NCBI GenBank assembly: GCA_002269645.1 | Contig: NIVC01001745.1 | Span: forward strand, 1 to 64,000 | Length of the DNA: 64,000 nucleotides | Source of the DNA: Macrostomum lignano | Lineage: Eukaryota | Direction: 5' to 3' | Shown: positions 12,413-43,419 of the stretch, piece after piece | Layout of the letters: every line of letters starts with the position of its first letter | Numbering within the stretch: position 1 is the stretch's first letter | Translations under genes and position numbers: made by a program | The notes under the pieces: model-generated | Databases searched by the model: none | Told to the model about the DNA's origin: nothing | Seen by the model: the letters and a program-made list of their open reading frames with translations, nothing else

Positions 12413-15400
12413 CATAGGCCTGCTGGCGGATCCGTTCAGTGGCGGCGTTGGCAACCCGCTGCTGTTGCTGGCGGTGCTGGTCCAGAAATCCGGGCTGCAG
12501 AGCCAGTTGTCGCCTGTAGGCATCGGCCATTGACACTTGACCTGCGCAATCGGATGGGGGTTGGTTGGCTTTGTAGAAACTTGGGAAGTTACGGCAGCAG
12601 CTCAGAGCAACCCAGGGATTTCACAGTCTCACCATCCAAAAACTGCGTCCTCTGTCCGTCTGGCTGCATGGCGAATTTCAGGTGTCGCCAAGTGGATCCG
12701 CCCTTGCCGTTGCGCAGTCGCGGCTGCTGCCTGCGGGAGGCGGATTTGCAGTGGCGGGCGGGTGCAAGGACGCGAAATCGGAAACTGGCGGAGATAGCGC
12801 TCACGCATAGAGTGAGGCTTCAAAGTGCGAGGGGATTGGCGAATAACAAGCGACTAGCAAAGTTAACAAGACGAGGCGCCCCGAGCAGACCAGTGGCCCA
12901 CAGAGTTCAGCCTGTGAGCTCGAGTTCAGCTCTCCCGAGCCGCTTTGTGCTGGGCCGGTCCGGCCGGATCCCGCTAGCGCAGCCCGACACCGGAGCCCGC
13001 GGCCTGCCGCCGAAGGATGGAACTGGACGCCGACAGTGCGCGCGACAGCCGCCGGGTGCCAGAGAGAGCGGCTGGCCAGTGGGCAGCTTCGCCAGCCGTG
13101 GACGGCATCCGTGATGAGCGCCGGCGGTAGGACTGCAGACTCCGCGGACTCCGGCCAGCCGCGGTCGGCGGTGCTGCAGCGCGGAACAGCCGGAGGCCGG
13201 AGCGGCTCGGAGGTCCGGCTTCGGTGCCGCGGACTTGGCCGGTGCTCCGTCGGCTCCCAGCGACTGCCGCGGGTCAGGCCGGGCCCAGCCGGGCCGCTCG
13301 GCCGCCCGCCGCCCAAACGGCCGACTCGGAATGAGCGGCTGCGGCTGCGGCTGACAGAAATGTCGGCGCGGCAGGCAGGCAGGCAGGCAGGCGGTCGGGT
13401 GGCCGCAAGAGGCTCAAGGCTGGAGAGCGCGACAGCCCGCCCGGGCCGGGGCCCGAACGGCCGCCCCCGACGGCCGTCCGACACGGCAGCGCAGGCCCGG
13501 GCGGACGGCCGGCGGAGTACGGCCGCTGGGAACCGGCCGCGGACGGGAGCCTCGCAATCCGGCCAGGTCCGAACGGCCGGCCGAACGCCGGGCAGCCAGC
13601 GACCCGGCCAGTAGCCGGCCCGTCCCGCCGCAGCCGCCGAGCAGCCTCTGGAGCTCCTGCCTGGACCGCCGCTCCGATGGCGGACCTCCGCGCCGCTCCG
13701 ACCCCCAGCTGTACTGCGCCGCAGCTCCGCCGGCTGTGGCTAGTCGAAGTCGCGGCGTCCAGAATCCAGCCGCCGGATGCTGTCCCGGACGCCGGCCTGG
13801 GCCAGCGAAGTGGTCCACCGGCCAGTCGCGCTCTCAAGCGACCAGAGGCGCCGCGGCGCAACGTCGGAGCGCGGCACCTCCCAGACGGCTGCAGACCGCG
13901 GGACCGGCGCGGGCTGCACTGCGGCCGCAAGCGGGACCGGCGCGGTCGGTCCGCACAGCGGCGCTGGGAGACGAACCCGGCTATGGCTGCGCTCTGAGCC
14001 AAGGTGTCAGCGGTAAATCCTGCCTTGCACTTGGCAAGCTAGTCGCCCACTGAGCCAACCTGCAAACCACCTTGACAGCCCTACAAAGTTGGCGCTTTGC
14101 CGCCCCTGTTTCAGTCCCGCGTCCTTGCACCCGCAACAAACAGAATAGAGGTGGATGTTGGCTTATACAGTGAGGAACGAATCGCAAACTCTAAATAGGG
14201 TTTGTTTCGCGACTCGCCTACTGTAAGTATGAGTGGCAGCGTTTTAGCAATAGAGAAGGTGGCTGTGAACGCCGCCGCTCACCGTTCGGTTTGAGGCGGC
14301 CGGCTCTGCTTCAGGTAGGCCTTGTGGGCGTCGTCGTAGCCGTGGGCTCGGGGCCGAACTGCAGGTGCAGCGGCGGATTCTAGAAAAATAGAATGATGAA
14401 GCATTAGCTACTCGTAAATGATACATGGAGACTTACTTAAACTGGGTATAGCGGATATTTTTGTTGTTTTATCCACTACCTTCTGTCTGTCTCTCCGAAA
14501 AGCAAAGGATTGAACGCAAAGACTGGTTTTAATGCCTGGGCTACATTTTCCCGTAGCAACTAGCCTACTGCCGAGCTCGGGCCAGAAGTGAAATGGTCGG
14601 TGATCTCTCTCGGACCGATGCGCGAGTGTATTTGACTTTGTGGGGAGAGAGAATGAAAGATCTTAGCTCTCCTCCATTTTACTGTACGCCTTGTCACGGG
14701 CTGGGGGTGGCAGTGGTCACGCTACCACACAGCCACGCAGCAGGCGCGTGTCGCACTTTTATCGCGCGACCTACACAGTCATTCGTGCAGGGGTGGCATA
14801 TCAGCATTTGAACGCTGAACTAGATTTATAATGATGTATTTGTCACAAATAAGACAGAGAGAGAGAGACAGATAAGCAAGCGACAGAAATAAGTCACGTG
14901 ACAAGGCCAGAGAGAAAAATAAGTCACGTGACAAGGCCGAAGAGAAAAATAGGTCACATGACAAGGCCGAAGAGAGAAATAAGTCATATGACAAGGCCGA
15001 AGAGAGAAATAAGTCATATGACAAGGCCGAAGAGAGAAATAAGTCATATGACAAGGCCGAAGAGAGAAATAAGTCACGTGACAAGGCCGAAGAGAGAAAT
15101 AAGTCACATGACAAGGCCGAAGAGAGAAATAAGTCACGTGACAAGGCCGAAGAGAGAAATAAGTCATATGACAAGGCCGAAGAGAGAAATAAGTCATATG
15201 ACAAGGCCGAAGAGAGAAATAAGTCACGTGACAAGGCCAAAGAGAGAAATAAGTCACGTGACAAGGCCGGAGAGAAATAAGTCACGTGACAAGGCCGAAG
15301 AGAGAAATTAGTCACATGAAAAGGCCGGAGAGAGAAATATGTCACGTGACAAGGCCGGGAAAGGTAAATCATGTCACACGGCGCTGATTCATACCTGATC

Positions 15401-16167
15401 GTGCGGCCTCGGCGACGGCAGGATCGGCAGTTTGGGCACCGCCGCGGTCCTCTGCTCGGCCGGCTGGGCCAAGTCCTCCGCCCGGTAGTTGACGCCGTGC
15501 CGGTTGCGGTCCCGCTCAGTCATGCACTGCCGCAGCTCCCTGTACTGCGGGTAGTCGGGCATCACGGCGCACGGACTGACCAGCCGTTGCAGCCCGTCGC
15601 CAGCTTCGTGCAGCTGCTCCTCCTCGGGCACAGTCTGGCAGCCGCGCTGCGAAGCCTTCAGAAATTTGGCTCCGGGACCGGGCGGCTGGCGGTCCGTTGT
15701 CACGGCAACTAGGTGACTCTCGGTGTCCTGATAGCCGGACAGATTGTGACCGGACAGCTCCGAGTGCAGCCAGTGGTGCATGGAGCCATAGCTAGTGCTG
15801 TGGGTCAGAGTTGGAAGAATTTGCTTGTGGCTGAATCCTGCTGCACTTTTATTAGTCTCGCATTTCTCAGAAAGGGTGCAGCACTGAGGCAATGTCCAAC
15901 TCTTTCCAACTCTTTCCCAGGTATACGTACAAGTCACCCCCCTGAAAGAGTCCTGTTCTTCCCTGCTCTGTACTCAAATTCATAGCTCGTACCTGTTGTC
16001 ATGGAAACCAGTTCCTCTGTACTCTCGGACAGACATATTGTCTAGCCCCCGCAAGCACAAGCGCTTAATGAATATACAGAACGTCATATCGTTTTATACT
16101 ATTTTAAGCATAAAATATAGGACCAGTTAACTAACATGTTAAGCTATTCGTTCAAATCATACGAGCC

Positions 16168-16244
<77 letters not shown>

Positions 16245-16320
16245 GCAATACTCACCGATTCCTAGTGTGCCGTCTGCCCAGCGGGTAGCGCGGCTTTCCC
16301 AGAGCGTCCAGCGCGGCCAT
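12413..16320 (-). CDS. Uncharacterised multi-exon protein (>=290 aa), 3' end unresolved
   Basis: Phase-consistent exons (minus): 16320-16256, ~16012-15988, 15797-15395, 14482-14437, 14379-14283, 12730-12633, 12541-12413. They give an open frame MAALDALGKPRYPLGRRHTRNRGTGFHDNSTSYGSMHHWLHSELSGHNLSGY...HGYDDAHKAYLKQSRPP...STWRHLKFAMQPDGQRTQFLDGQVSMADAYRRQL. No family recognised. Confidence 0.7.
12758..14134. other. GC-rich long imperfect inverted repeat (fold-back); arms ~12758-13335 and ~13555-14134
   Basis: Perfect 17-bp terminal IR (GCGGGTGCAAGGACGCG / CGCGTCCTTGCACCCGC); the arms align colinearly by eye at roughly 65-70% identity. Confidence 0.85.
14885..15360. repeat. Intronic 30-bp minisatellite (AAGTCACGTGACAAGGCCGAAGAGAGAAAT)
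   Basis: About 16 copies. Confidence 0.97.
16169..16243. repeat. (GATA)n microsatellite, intronic
   Basis: Direct reading. Confidence 0.98.
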
Positions 16321-17074
16321 AGCAGAAATGCAGGTCCACAAAATCCAATTCCAATGTCAGTAGCGCCCTTTTCTACTTCGCTCTTCTTAAGCTTCAAGCT
16401 TGGCTTTTACTGTCTGGTTGTCAGGCGCAGCTAGCAGGGTGAGGGGAGGGGGGGGGGGGGGTTAGCGGTGAGCCCAGAGCGGAGTGAGCAAGTGCAAGGG
16501 CCTTACTCAGTGCAAAGTGCTCACCCCATACCGAGGCGAGCCGAGAACTCGAATTTATGGCGAATTATGCCGCCTCCAATGAGAGGGGTTTTGCGTCAAA
16601 TAAGGCAGATTCTGTAGGAATCTTTTGTCAGTCTGTGTGAAACAATCTGAGTCTGAGAGGGACAGAGACAGCCAGATAGAGATGGAGGTTAATATACTCA
16701 ACGTGCGGCGCAGATGCACCTCTGCAAGGTGAGCTATTCGTACCGTAACGCTGGGTAAGCGAGGTGCAAATTAGCTTTGCCTTATGCCTTATGCAAGCCG
16801 TAATATCGTCTGAAGGGTCTCTCAATTATACGAGTTGAACAGAAATTTCCGGTTGCAACTGGATTTGCTTGATGAAATTATTGCTAAGCTTGGTTCAATG
16901 TCGTAGTCGAACACTATTAAGCTGCCGAGGTGTTAAAAGGCGAATTAAGACAGGGTTTTCTGAACTGATAAGAATCACAACAACGAGCGAGGTTTCTGTG
17001 TGTTTTCTCAAGTGTATTTCTTTAATCCCTTACAAAGTAGCGAAAGGCCTTCGTTTCTCTGTCAAGTATATTTT

Positions 17075-17955
17075 ACGTTAATTCACAAGTTTCTCTAGTC
17101 AATTCACAAGTTTCCCTAGTCGATTCACAAGTTTCTTTAGTTGATTCACAAGTTTCTCTAGTCAATTCACAATTTTCCCTAGTCGATTCACAAGTTTCCC
17201 TAGTTGGTTGACATATTTCTCTAGTCGATTCACAAGTTTGCCAAGCTGATTCACAAGTTTTCCTAGTTGATTCACAAGTCTCCCTAGTTGATTCACAAGT
17301 TTCCCTAGTTGATTCACAAGTCTCCCTAGTTGATTCACAAGTCTCCCTAGTTGATTCACAAGTTTCCCTAGTTGATTCACAAGTTTCCCTAGTTCGTTGA
17401 CATATTTCTCTAGTCGATTCACAAGTTTGCCAAGCTGATTTACAAGTTTTCCTAGTTGATTCACAAGTCTCCCTAGTTGATTCACAAGTTTCCCTAGTTG
17501 ATTCACAAGTCTCCCTAGTTGATTCACAAGTTTGCCAAATTGTTTGACACATTTCTCTAATCGATTCACAAGTTTCCCTAGTTGATTCACAAGTTTCCCT
17601 AGTTGGTTGACACATTTCTCTAGTCGATTCACAAGTTTGCCAAGCTGATTCACAAGTTTCCCTAGTTCATTTACAAGTTTCCCTAGTTGATTCACAAGTC
17701 TCTCTAGTTGATTCACAAGTTTCCCTAGTTGATTCACAAGTCTACCTAGTTGATTCACAAGTTTCCCTAGTTGATTCACAAGTTTTCCTAGTTGGTTGAC
17801 ACATTTCTCTAGTCGATCCACAAGTTTCCCTAGTTGATTCACAAGTTTCCCTAGCTGATTCACAAGTTTCCCTAGTTGATTCACAAGTCTACCTAGTTAA
17901 TTCACAAGTTTCCCTAGTTGATTCACAAGTCTCCCTAGTTAATTCACAAGTTTCC
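17075..17955. repeat. 21-bp minisatellite (TTGATTCACAAGTTTCCCTAG), intergenic
   Basis: About 42 copies; source of the pseudo-heptad ORFs 17073-17884. Confidence 0.97.
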
Positions 17956-18097
17956 CGTTCATTGGTCTTGTACACTTTGGTGTTGAATTGATTGATAATA
18001 ACATTAGAAAAGCATATTAAATCAAAATTGCAATGCATTGGTTATGATTCAGTCAGATAGGCAAAGCCTAGAAGGCATTGGTTTGAAGCCAATTTGA

Positions 18098-21000
18098 TCA
18101 AGCCCAAACAAGCGACAGAGCCAACACTAACAAAGAGGGCAATGTGACGCATTCCTGTGCTGCAGTTGCACTTCGGCCAGCTGCACTGGTGGTGGTCATC
18201 GGCATGCTGGTGCTGGCGGTGCTGCTGCTGCTGCTGTCGCTGCTCAGCATTGCGCTGAAGTGCTCGCTGCTGCCGTTGTTCGGCTGAGGCCGAATGCCGA
18301 GCAGGTGGCACATCAGCCCGTAGATGTCCACCTGTTTGGTAGCAGAGAGCAGGGTGGAACGGACTGCCGCTGGGATATTGGCTGGGACATTGGTTGGGAT
18401 ATTGGCTGGGACATTGTCTATGACATTGGCTGGGACATTGTCTATGACATTGGCTGGGACATTGGCTGGGACAGTGGCTGGGATATTGGCTGGGACATTG
18501 GCTGGGAAATTGGCTGGGAAATTGGCTGGGATATTGGCTGGGACATTGTCTATGACATTGGTTGGGATATTGTCTATGACATTGGCTGGGATATTGGCTG
18601 GGACATTGTCTGTGACATTGGTTGGGATATTGGCTGGGATATTGGCTGGGACATTGACTGGGACATTGGCTGGGACATTGGCTGGGATATTTGCTGGGAC
18701 ATTAGCTGGGACATTGTCTGTGACATTGGTTGGGATATTGGCTGGGATATTGGCTGGGACATTGGCTGGGATATTGGCTGGGACATTGGCTGGGACATTG
18801 AGTGAGATATTGACTGGGATATTGGCTGGGACATTGGCTGGGATATTGGCTGGGACATTGGCTGACTGTGACGCTAACGTATATTTTAACCACGAACATA
18901 CAGTAAGCTACTGCACCCATACCGGTGAAATTTTAGCAAAGAATTCAATTAGCTACGTGCATTATGAATGCACTATGAAAAGAAACGCACCCAGTGCACC
19001 AAAGGGACCAGATGGCAGACATTTGTATTACCCCCAAATGCCATTTCGAACTTTGCGTTTGGAAACGAAAATAACAAATCGTTCAGGGCTTAGCTTGATG
19101 TCATATGAAAGGGCACTAGGAGCTTTCCCCTATCATTTGCAGACATTCAAGACATTAATATATATATTCATGCCCGTTTAAAATGAAAAGCTTTTCAGCA
19201 GTACAAAAAATTTAGCAGTAGAAAGACGTAACCTATCAAAATAAAAATATTTGTATTCGCTAAAAGTTTAATATTTTCTAAGAAAATGAATTCCCACGTC
19301 CTTCTTGAGCTGTCCATGCTGACGATCTGGGAGGCTGGCCTAGCAACTGAGGATCTGGAAGGCTGGCCCCAGCAACTGAGGATCTGGGAGGCTGGTCTAG
19401 CAACTGAGGATCTGGGAGGCTGGCCCAGCAACTAAGGATCTGAGAGGCTGGACCCCAGCAACTGAGGATCTAGGAGGCTTGCCCAGCAACTGAGGATCTG
19501 AGAGGCTGGGCCAGCAACTGAGGATCTGGGAGACGGGCCCGGCAACTGAGGATCTGGGAAGCTGGCCCAGCAACTGGGGATCTGGATGGAGAGCGGCGGT
19601 GGCCCAGCAGCTGAGTCATCCTTGGCAGGACCCAGCAACAAACCTGTCGGAAACCTTCCACCTCAACACCGCGACGGAAGCTGGGTCCGACCGCTATTAG
19701 CGGCACCTTCATCTCGTCGTAGGTATTGTCGAATCCGTGATTCCCTTTGATCAAGTTGGTAGATCGGCGGAACACCACGTAACCGGGATCCGGCAGCACC
19801 AGGACGTCCGGGATGCGACGGTGCTGCGAGTACCTGTAGGCTGGCGGCATGGACTCGCGGGTGAAGACGCGGACAGGCAGACTCCTGGCTTTGGTCTGGT
19901 TCTGCAGGAACTCCACCAGCCGGTCGCGCTGGCCCGGCTTGGCGAACATGCTGAGCAGCGGCCCGCTGTCCATGTAGCGGTCCACGAAGGGGTCCAACTC
20001 GTTGTTGAAGTGGATGGCTTTGCTGTCGTTCAGTTCCGTCATGCCTGCGGGCCGGACCCGATGCCAGAGAGATGAAAATAGTGATTGGTGACCCATAACG
20101 CCCCAGACTTTGGGAAGCCATAGCAACCCACTTGACGCTTAATCCTGACCAATACGCTCGGAAAAGAGAATAACTCTGGAGAATAAATAAAAGAGAATAA
20201 ATGGCACACCTGAGAACGAACTGACGTTTTTAACAGCCTTGAGTTCGGCGCCTAACAGACATACAGACAGACAGACAGACAGACAGACAGACCGACAGCC
20301 AGACAGACTCACCATGATCAGAGGTGATAATAATGTCAACGCGATCCCGCACTCCCCGCCTCTCCAGTCGGTACACCAGCAGCTCAAGCAGGTGATCCAG
20401 CCTGATGATAGCATCGGACACCCGCACCGATTCCGGGCCGCTGCTATGCCCGGCAGAGTCCGGCTCGTTAAAGTACAGGGTGCACAGGTCGATCTGCTCG
20501 TCGGCCAGCCAGGAGGTGATGGTGTCGATCCGGTACTCGTAGCTGATTCTGCCATCGTACGGGAAGTAGTGATCAGGCCGGGTGCCGCCGAACTCGACTT
20601 CGCTGCCCGGCCAGAAGAACGTCGCCGTTTTGAGTCCCTGACGCTTGGCCGTCACCCAGATTGGCAGAGAATCGTTCCACCAGCGCTCCTCCCTGGTGCT
20701 CATGCCAAAGGTGGCGTTGAACACCGGGTCGTACATTCCGTTGCTGACGATCCCGTTGCTCTCCTGTGGATGCGCGAATTCAATTAGAGTTATTGTGCTC
20801 ACCTGACAACAGGTGAGCATAGTACCATACACAACAGGTGAGCATAGTACCATACACAACAGGTGAGCATAGTACCATACACAACAGGTGAGCATAGTAC
20901 CATACACAACAGGTGAGCATAGTACCATACACAACAGGTGAGCATAGTACCATACACAACAGGTGAACATAGTACCATACACAACAGGTGAACATAGTAC

Positions 21001-22255
21001 CATACACAACAGGTGAACATAGTACCATACACAACAGGTGAACATAGTACCATACACAACAGGTGAACATAGTACCATACACAACAGGTGAGCATAGTAC
21101 CATACACAACAGGTGAGCATAGTACCATACACAACAGGTGAGCATAGTACCATACACAACAGGTGAGCATAGTACCATACACAACAGGTGAGCATAGTAC
21201 CATACACAACAGGTGAACATAGTACCATACACAACAGGTGAACATAGTACCATACACAACAGGTGAGCATAGTACCATACACAACAGGTGAGCATAGTAC
21301 CATACACAACAGGTGAACATAGTACCATACACAACAGGTGAACATAGTACCATACACAACAGGTGAACATAGTACCATACACAACAGGTGAACATAGTAC
21401 CATACACAACAGGTGAACATAGTACCATACACAACAGGTGAGCATAGTACCATACACAACAGGTGAGCATAGTACCATACACAACAGGTGAGCATAGTAC
21501 CATACACAACAGGTGAGCATAGTACCATACACAACAGGTGAGCATAGTACCATACACAACAGGTGAGCATAGTACCATACACAACAGGTGAACATAGTAC
21601 CATACACAACAGGTGAGCAAAGTGTCATACACAACAGGTGAGCATAGTACCATACACAACAGGTGAGCATAGTACCATACACAACAGGTGAGCATAGTAC
21701 CATACACAACAGGTGAGCATAGTACCATACACAACAGGTGAGCATAGTACCATACACAACAGGTGAACATAGTACCATACACAACAGGTGAACATAGTGC
21801 CATACACAACAGGTGAGCATAGTACCATACACAACAGGTGAGCATAGTACCATACACAACAGGTGAGCATAGTGCCATACACAACAGGTGAGCATAGTAC
21901 CATACACAACAGGTGAGCATAGTACCATACACAACAGGTGAGCATAGTGCCACCAACAAATGACGTCTCTCACCTGATGCAGGCCAGTGGCAATCACCCA
22001 GTGATTCGGGAAGGTCTTTGTCACAAACTCAGTCTGCATAGAGCGAACAAAGACTCCTTCGCTGGCCATCTGGCGCAGGAACCGGGACTGATTGGCGTAG
22101 ATAGTCAAATAGTCGTGACGGAATCCGTCCAGGGACACCAGAAGCAGCTGACGACGACTCGCTCGGCTGATTCTTGGCGAGGCTTGCGCAACCAGAGCCA
22201 GAGTCGATAGCAGCAACAGTGGAAGCAGAGTCTGCAACAATAAGTTCGGCTGCAT
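18098..22255 (-). CDS. Ectonucleotide pyrophosphatase/phosphodiesterase, ENPP4/ENPP5-like, with signal peptide and probable GPI anchor
   Basis: Exons 22255-21974, 20763-20313, 20044-19644, 18331-18098 join in phase. Motifs LLVSLDGFRHDY, TKTFPNH (catalytic Thr), TFFWPGS, LYFNEPDSAGH, IITSDHGM and GNHGFDN are present, with a hydrophobic N-terminus and C-terminal LLVLALSLVWA. Confidence 0.95.
18370..18864. repeat. Intronic 12-bp minisatellite (TGGGAYATTGGC)
   Basis: About 41 copies. Confidence 0.97.
19322..19585. repeat. Intronic ~29-bp minisatellite (CAGCAACTGAGGATCTGGGAGGCTGG..)
   Basis: About nine copies; same family as 5395-5522. Confidence 0.93.
20807..21950. repeat. Intronic 25-bp minisatellite (AGGTGAGCATAGTACCATACACAAC)
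   Basis: About 45 copies filling ENPP intron 1. Confidence 0.98.
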
Positions 22256-22629
22256 CTCAGTCAGTCTTTCGGTGAATAAAAGAGTCTAGCAAGATTTGAA
22301 CAAAACTGGCTCTGTGGGAATTGCCCCAGCCCTGCTTTGGGCCATTTTATATCCATAGCACCCTGTGCAGCTGGCGGCATTGGGCCTTGAATTGGTCCGG
22401 CAGCAACCACCCCAACATAAGCCGGCCCAGCATTTCAAGCTGCGGTACCATGGCAACAGTAAGCATAACATAGCTCTGTTTCGTAAATAGAAGCATTTAG
22501 CATTAAGTTGTAACAGTTTTCGCTATAAATACAATACAAAATACTTGAGGTCTTAACTTAAACAGTGTGGCAATGAAGTATTGAATTATGGCCCCAGTGA
22601 TAAGAGAGCGCGGGGTCTATGTATCCGAC

Positions 22630-23145
22630 CGTGGCGCCCCGCAAAAAACCGTGACCGTGACCCTGCATCTAAAACCATGGTGCCCCTATGACGCCCCACT
22701 TAAAACGGCAGCGTCCCCATGGTGTCTTACCTAAAACTATGGCGCCCCCATGGTGCTCCCATCTAAAACCGTGGCGCCCCCCCCATTTAAACCCGTAGTA
22801 CCCCATGGCGCCCCATCTAAAACCGTGGCGCCCCCGTGGAGTCCCCATTTAAAACCGTGGCGCCCCCGTGGAGTCCCCATTTAAAACCGTGGCGCCCCCG
22901 TGGAGTCCCCATTTAATTCCGTGGCGCCCCTATGGCGTCCCCATCTAAAACGGTGGCGCCCCCACGGCGTCCCCATCTAAAACCGTGGCGCCCCCACGGC
23001 GTCCCCATCTAAAACCGTGGCGCCCCCACGGCGTCCCCATCTAAAACCGTGGCGCCCCCACGGCGTCCCCATCTAAAACCGTGGCACCCCCACGGCGTCC
23101 CCATCTAAAACCGTGGCACCCCAACGGCGTCCCCATCTAAAACCA
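22630..23145. repeat. ~31-bp minisatellite (AAAACCGTGGCGCCCCCACGGCGTCCCCATCT) between divergent genes
   Basis: Direct periodicity, degenerate on the left. Confidence 0.93.
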
Positions 23146-23599
23146 TGTTTAAGCATCGGCCCAAGTCTAAAAAAGCCTTGCACAAGTGAACGTCTAAAGA
23201 ATTCAACGGAAAACTTCAAAATTTAAAAGTGCAACCTAGCGACAGTTTTCAAACAATGACCACAGCTGGGGGATGCTGGCACGGTTTGCCTTATCAGTAC
23301 TTACAAGGCGTTGAAATTATTTAAGATAAGATTACACTGCCCGAGGCCCCTGTGCTCGAGTGGCCGCGCTCCTATCTGAAAAGAAACATTGAATTTTAGC
23401 AAGTGTTGCCGACAGTGAACAATTTGTCATTGTGTTCCAGCTGATAAGGGAGGCCGCTTTGAGCAGTAATAATTTAGTTTCAACGTTTTCAACGTTTCTT
23501 TGACATCCGCTACCATAGACCGGAGCGCAGGTTTGCGCAATGAAGAAGATTCGTTTAGGTGTTACCGGTATAATCTCAGTAGCATTCGTGTTTCACTTC

Positions 23600-24105
23600 G
23601 ATTCACAGAGATTCGCCCTCGAGATTTTAGCATGAGATTCCTCTCTAAGATTCGCTCCTGGAATTCACTACCAAAATATTCACTCCTCAAGAGATTTGCC
23701 CCAGAGATTCGTTCCTGAGATTCGCCCTTGAGATTCGCTCCTGAGATTCGCCCCTGAAATCACTCCTAAGATTCGCCCTTGAGATTCGCTCCTCAAGAGA
23801 TTCGTCCTTGAGATTCGCCCCTGAGATTCTCCCTGAAGATTCGCCCAGAAGATTCGCCCTGAAGATTCACCCAGAAGATTCGCCCAGAAGATTCGCCCTG
23901 AAGATTCGCCCCTGAAGATTCGCCCAGAAGATTCGCCCTGTAGATTCGCCCTGAAGATTCGCCCTGAAGATTCGCCCAGAAGATTCGCCCAGAAGATTCG
24001 CCCAGAAGATTCGCCCTGTAGATTCGCCCTGAAGATTCGCCCTGAAGATTAGCCCTGGAGATTAGCCTTACTAAGAAGTTTGCCTATCCAGAGACTCGCC
24101 CCTGA
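23600..24105. repeat. 13-bp minisatellite (GATTCGCCCTGAA / GATTCGCCCAGAA)
   Basis: Direct periodicity. Confidence 0.93.
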
Positions 24106-24400
24106 GATGCTACTCGGCTTCCTACGCGCGCAGTAGAGTGTAGCAGATATTTTGTGCAATTCAAAGTTCGTAGCATTTCTTAGAAGAGGGGTTTAGCGAG
24201 GACGCCACTGATTGGCCAGGCCTTGGAGCTGCTATGATGGAATTCGCCCCCACACCGGCCAATCCTCGCTAACAAATGCACTGATCCCAAAGCTTTTTTC
24301 TTGCCAGTTCATCTCTCTTTCTGGGACGCTGCCGTAAAAAGCTTTTTAGTCCTCTAGAAGACAATAGTTGCGAGCCAGCTCTGAAACTCCAAGATTTGCA

Positions 24401-42882
<18,482 letters not shown>

Positions 42883-43419
42883 CCAAAACAGATCTGCTGG
42901 AGCTTCAACTGCAGCCGAGAGCGCCTCGTGAAGAATTGAATTGCGTTTTTTTCATATTTCATATTTTGGTTATGCTTATGCAATTTTATACATTAATTAA
43001 TATTCCTACTGATGAAGACTGCTTCTGCTAGTTTATGAATTTAAGAACCCTCTGTTCAGTAGCAATTCATGTTTAGTCCATATGTTAGTCTTGAATATTA
43101 AGCTTAACGTATGTCCATGTTCCATATTTATGAATTTATGAATTTCAACATTTGTTGCATGTACTGCTCTCAATAACTCTTCACGCATAGTACACCTTTT
43201 CAAGTTCAATTTCGATCGGGGTCCAGTTCTGAAACAACTAGCGGAAATTCAATTCAGACTGAGGATAATTTTGTCTATGGCTAAACCTTACTTCGGTCAG
43301 AATGTTTTGAGCTGGGGTTAGACTGGGCCCAGTCTAAATTGTCTGAATTGAATTTCCGCTGGTTTTTTTGGAACTGGACTTTGATCGGGATTGAACGTGA
43401 AAAGGTGTAGAAAATTATT

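Noticed and set aside
12758-14134. Protein-coding or rRNA interpretation of the GC-rich block
   Set aside because: Overlapping low-complexity ORFs occur in all frames, indels between the arms break frame, and no rRNA conserved motifs are seen.
17162-17884. Leucine-zipper or coiled-coil-like ORF (VNQLGKL)n
   Set aside because: The heptad arises simply from a 21-bp DNA unit; there are no splice or flanking coding signals.
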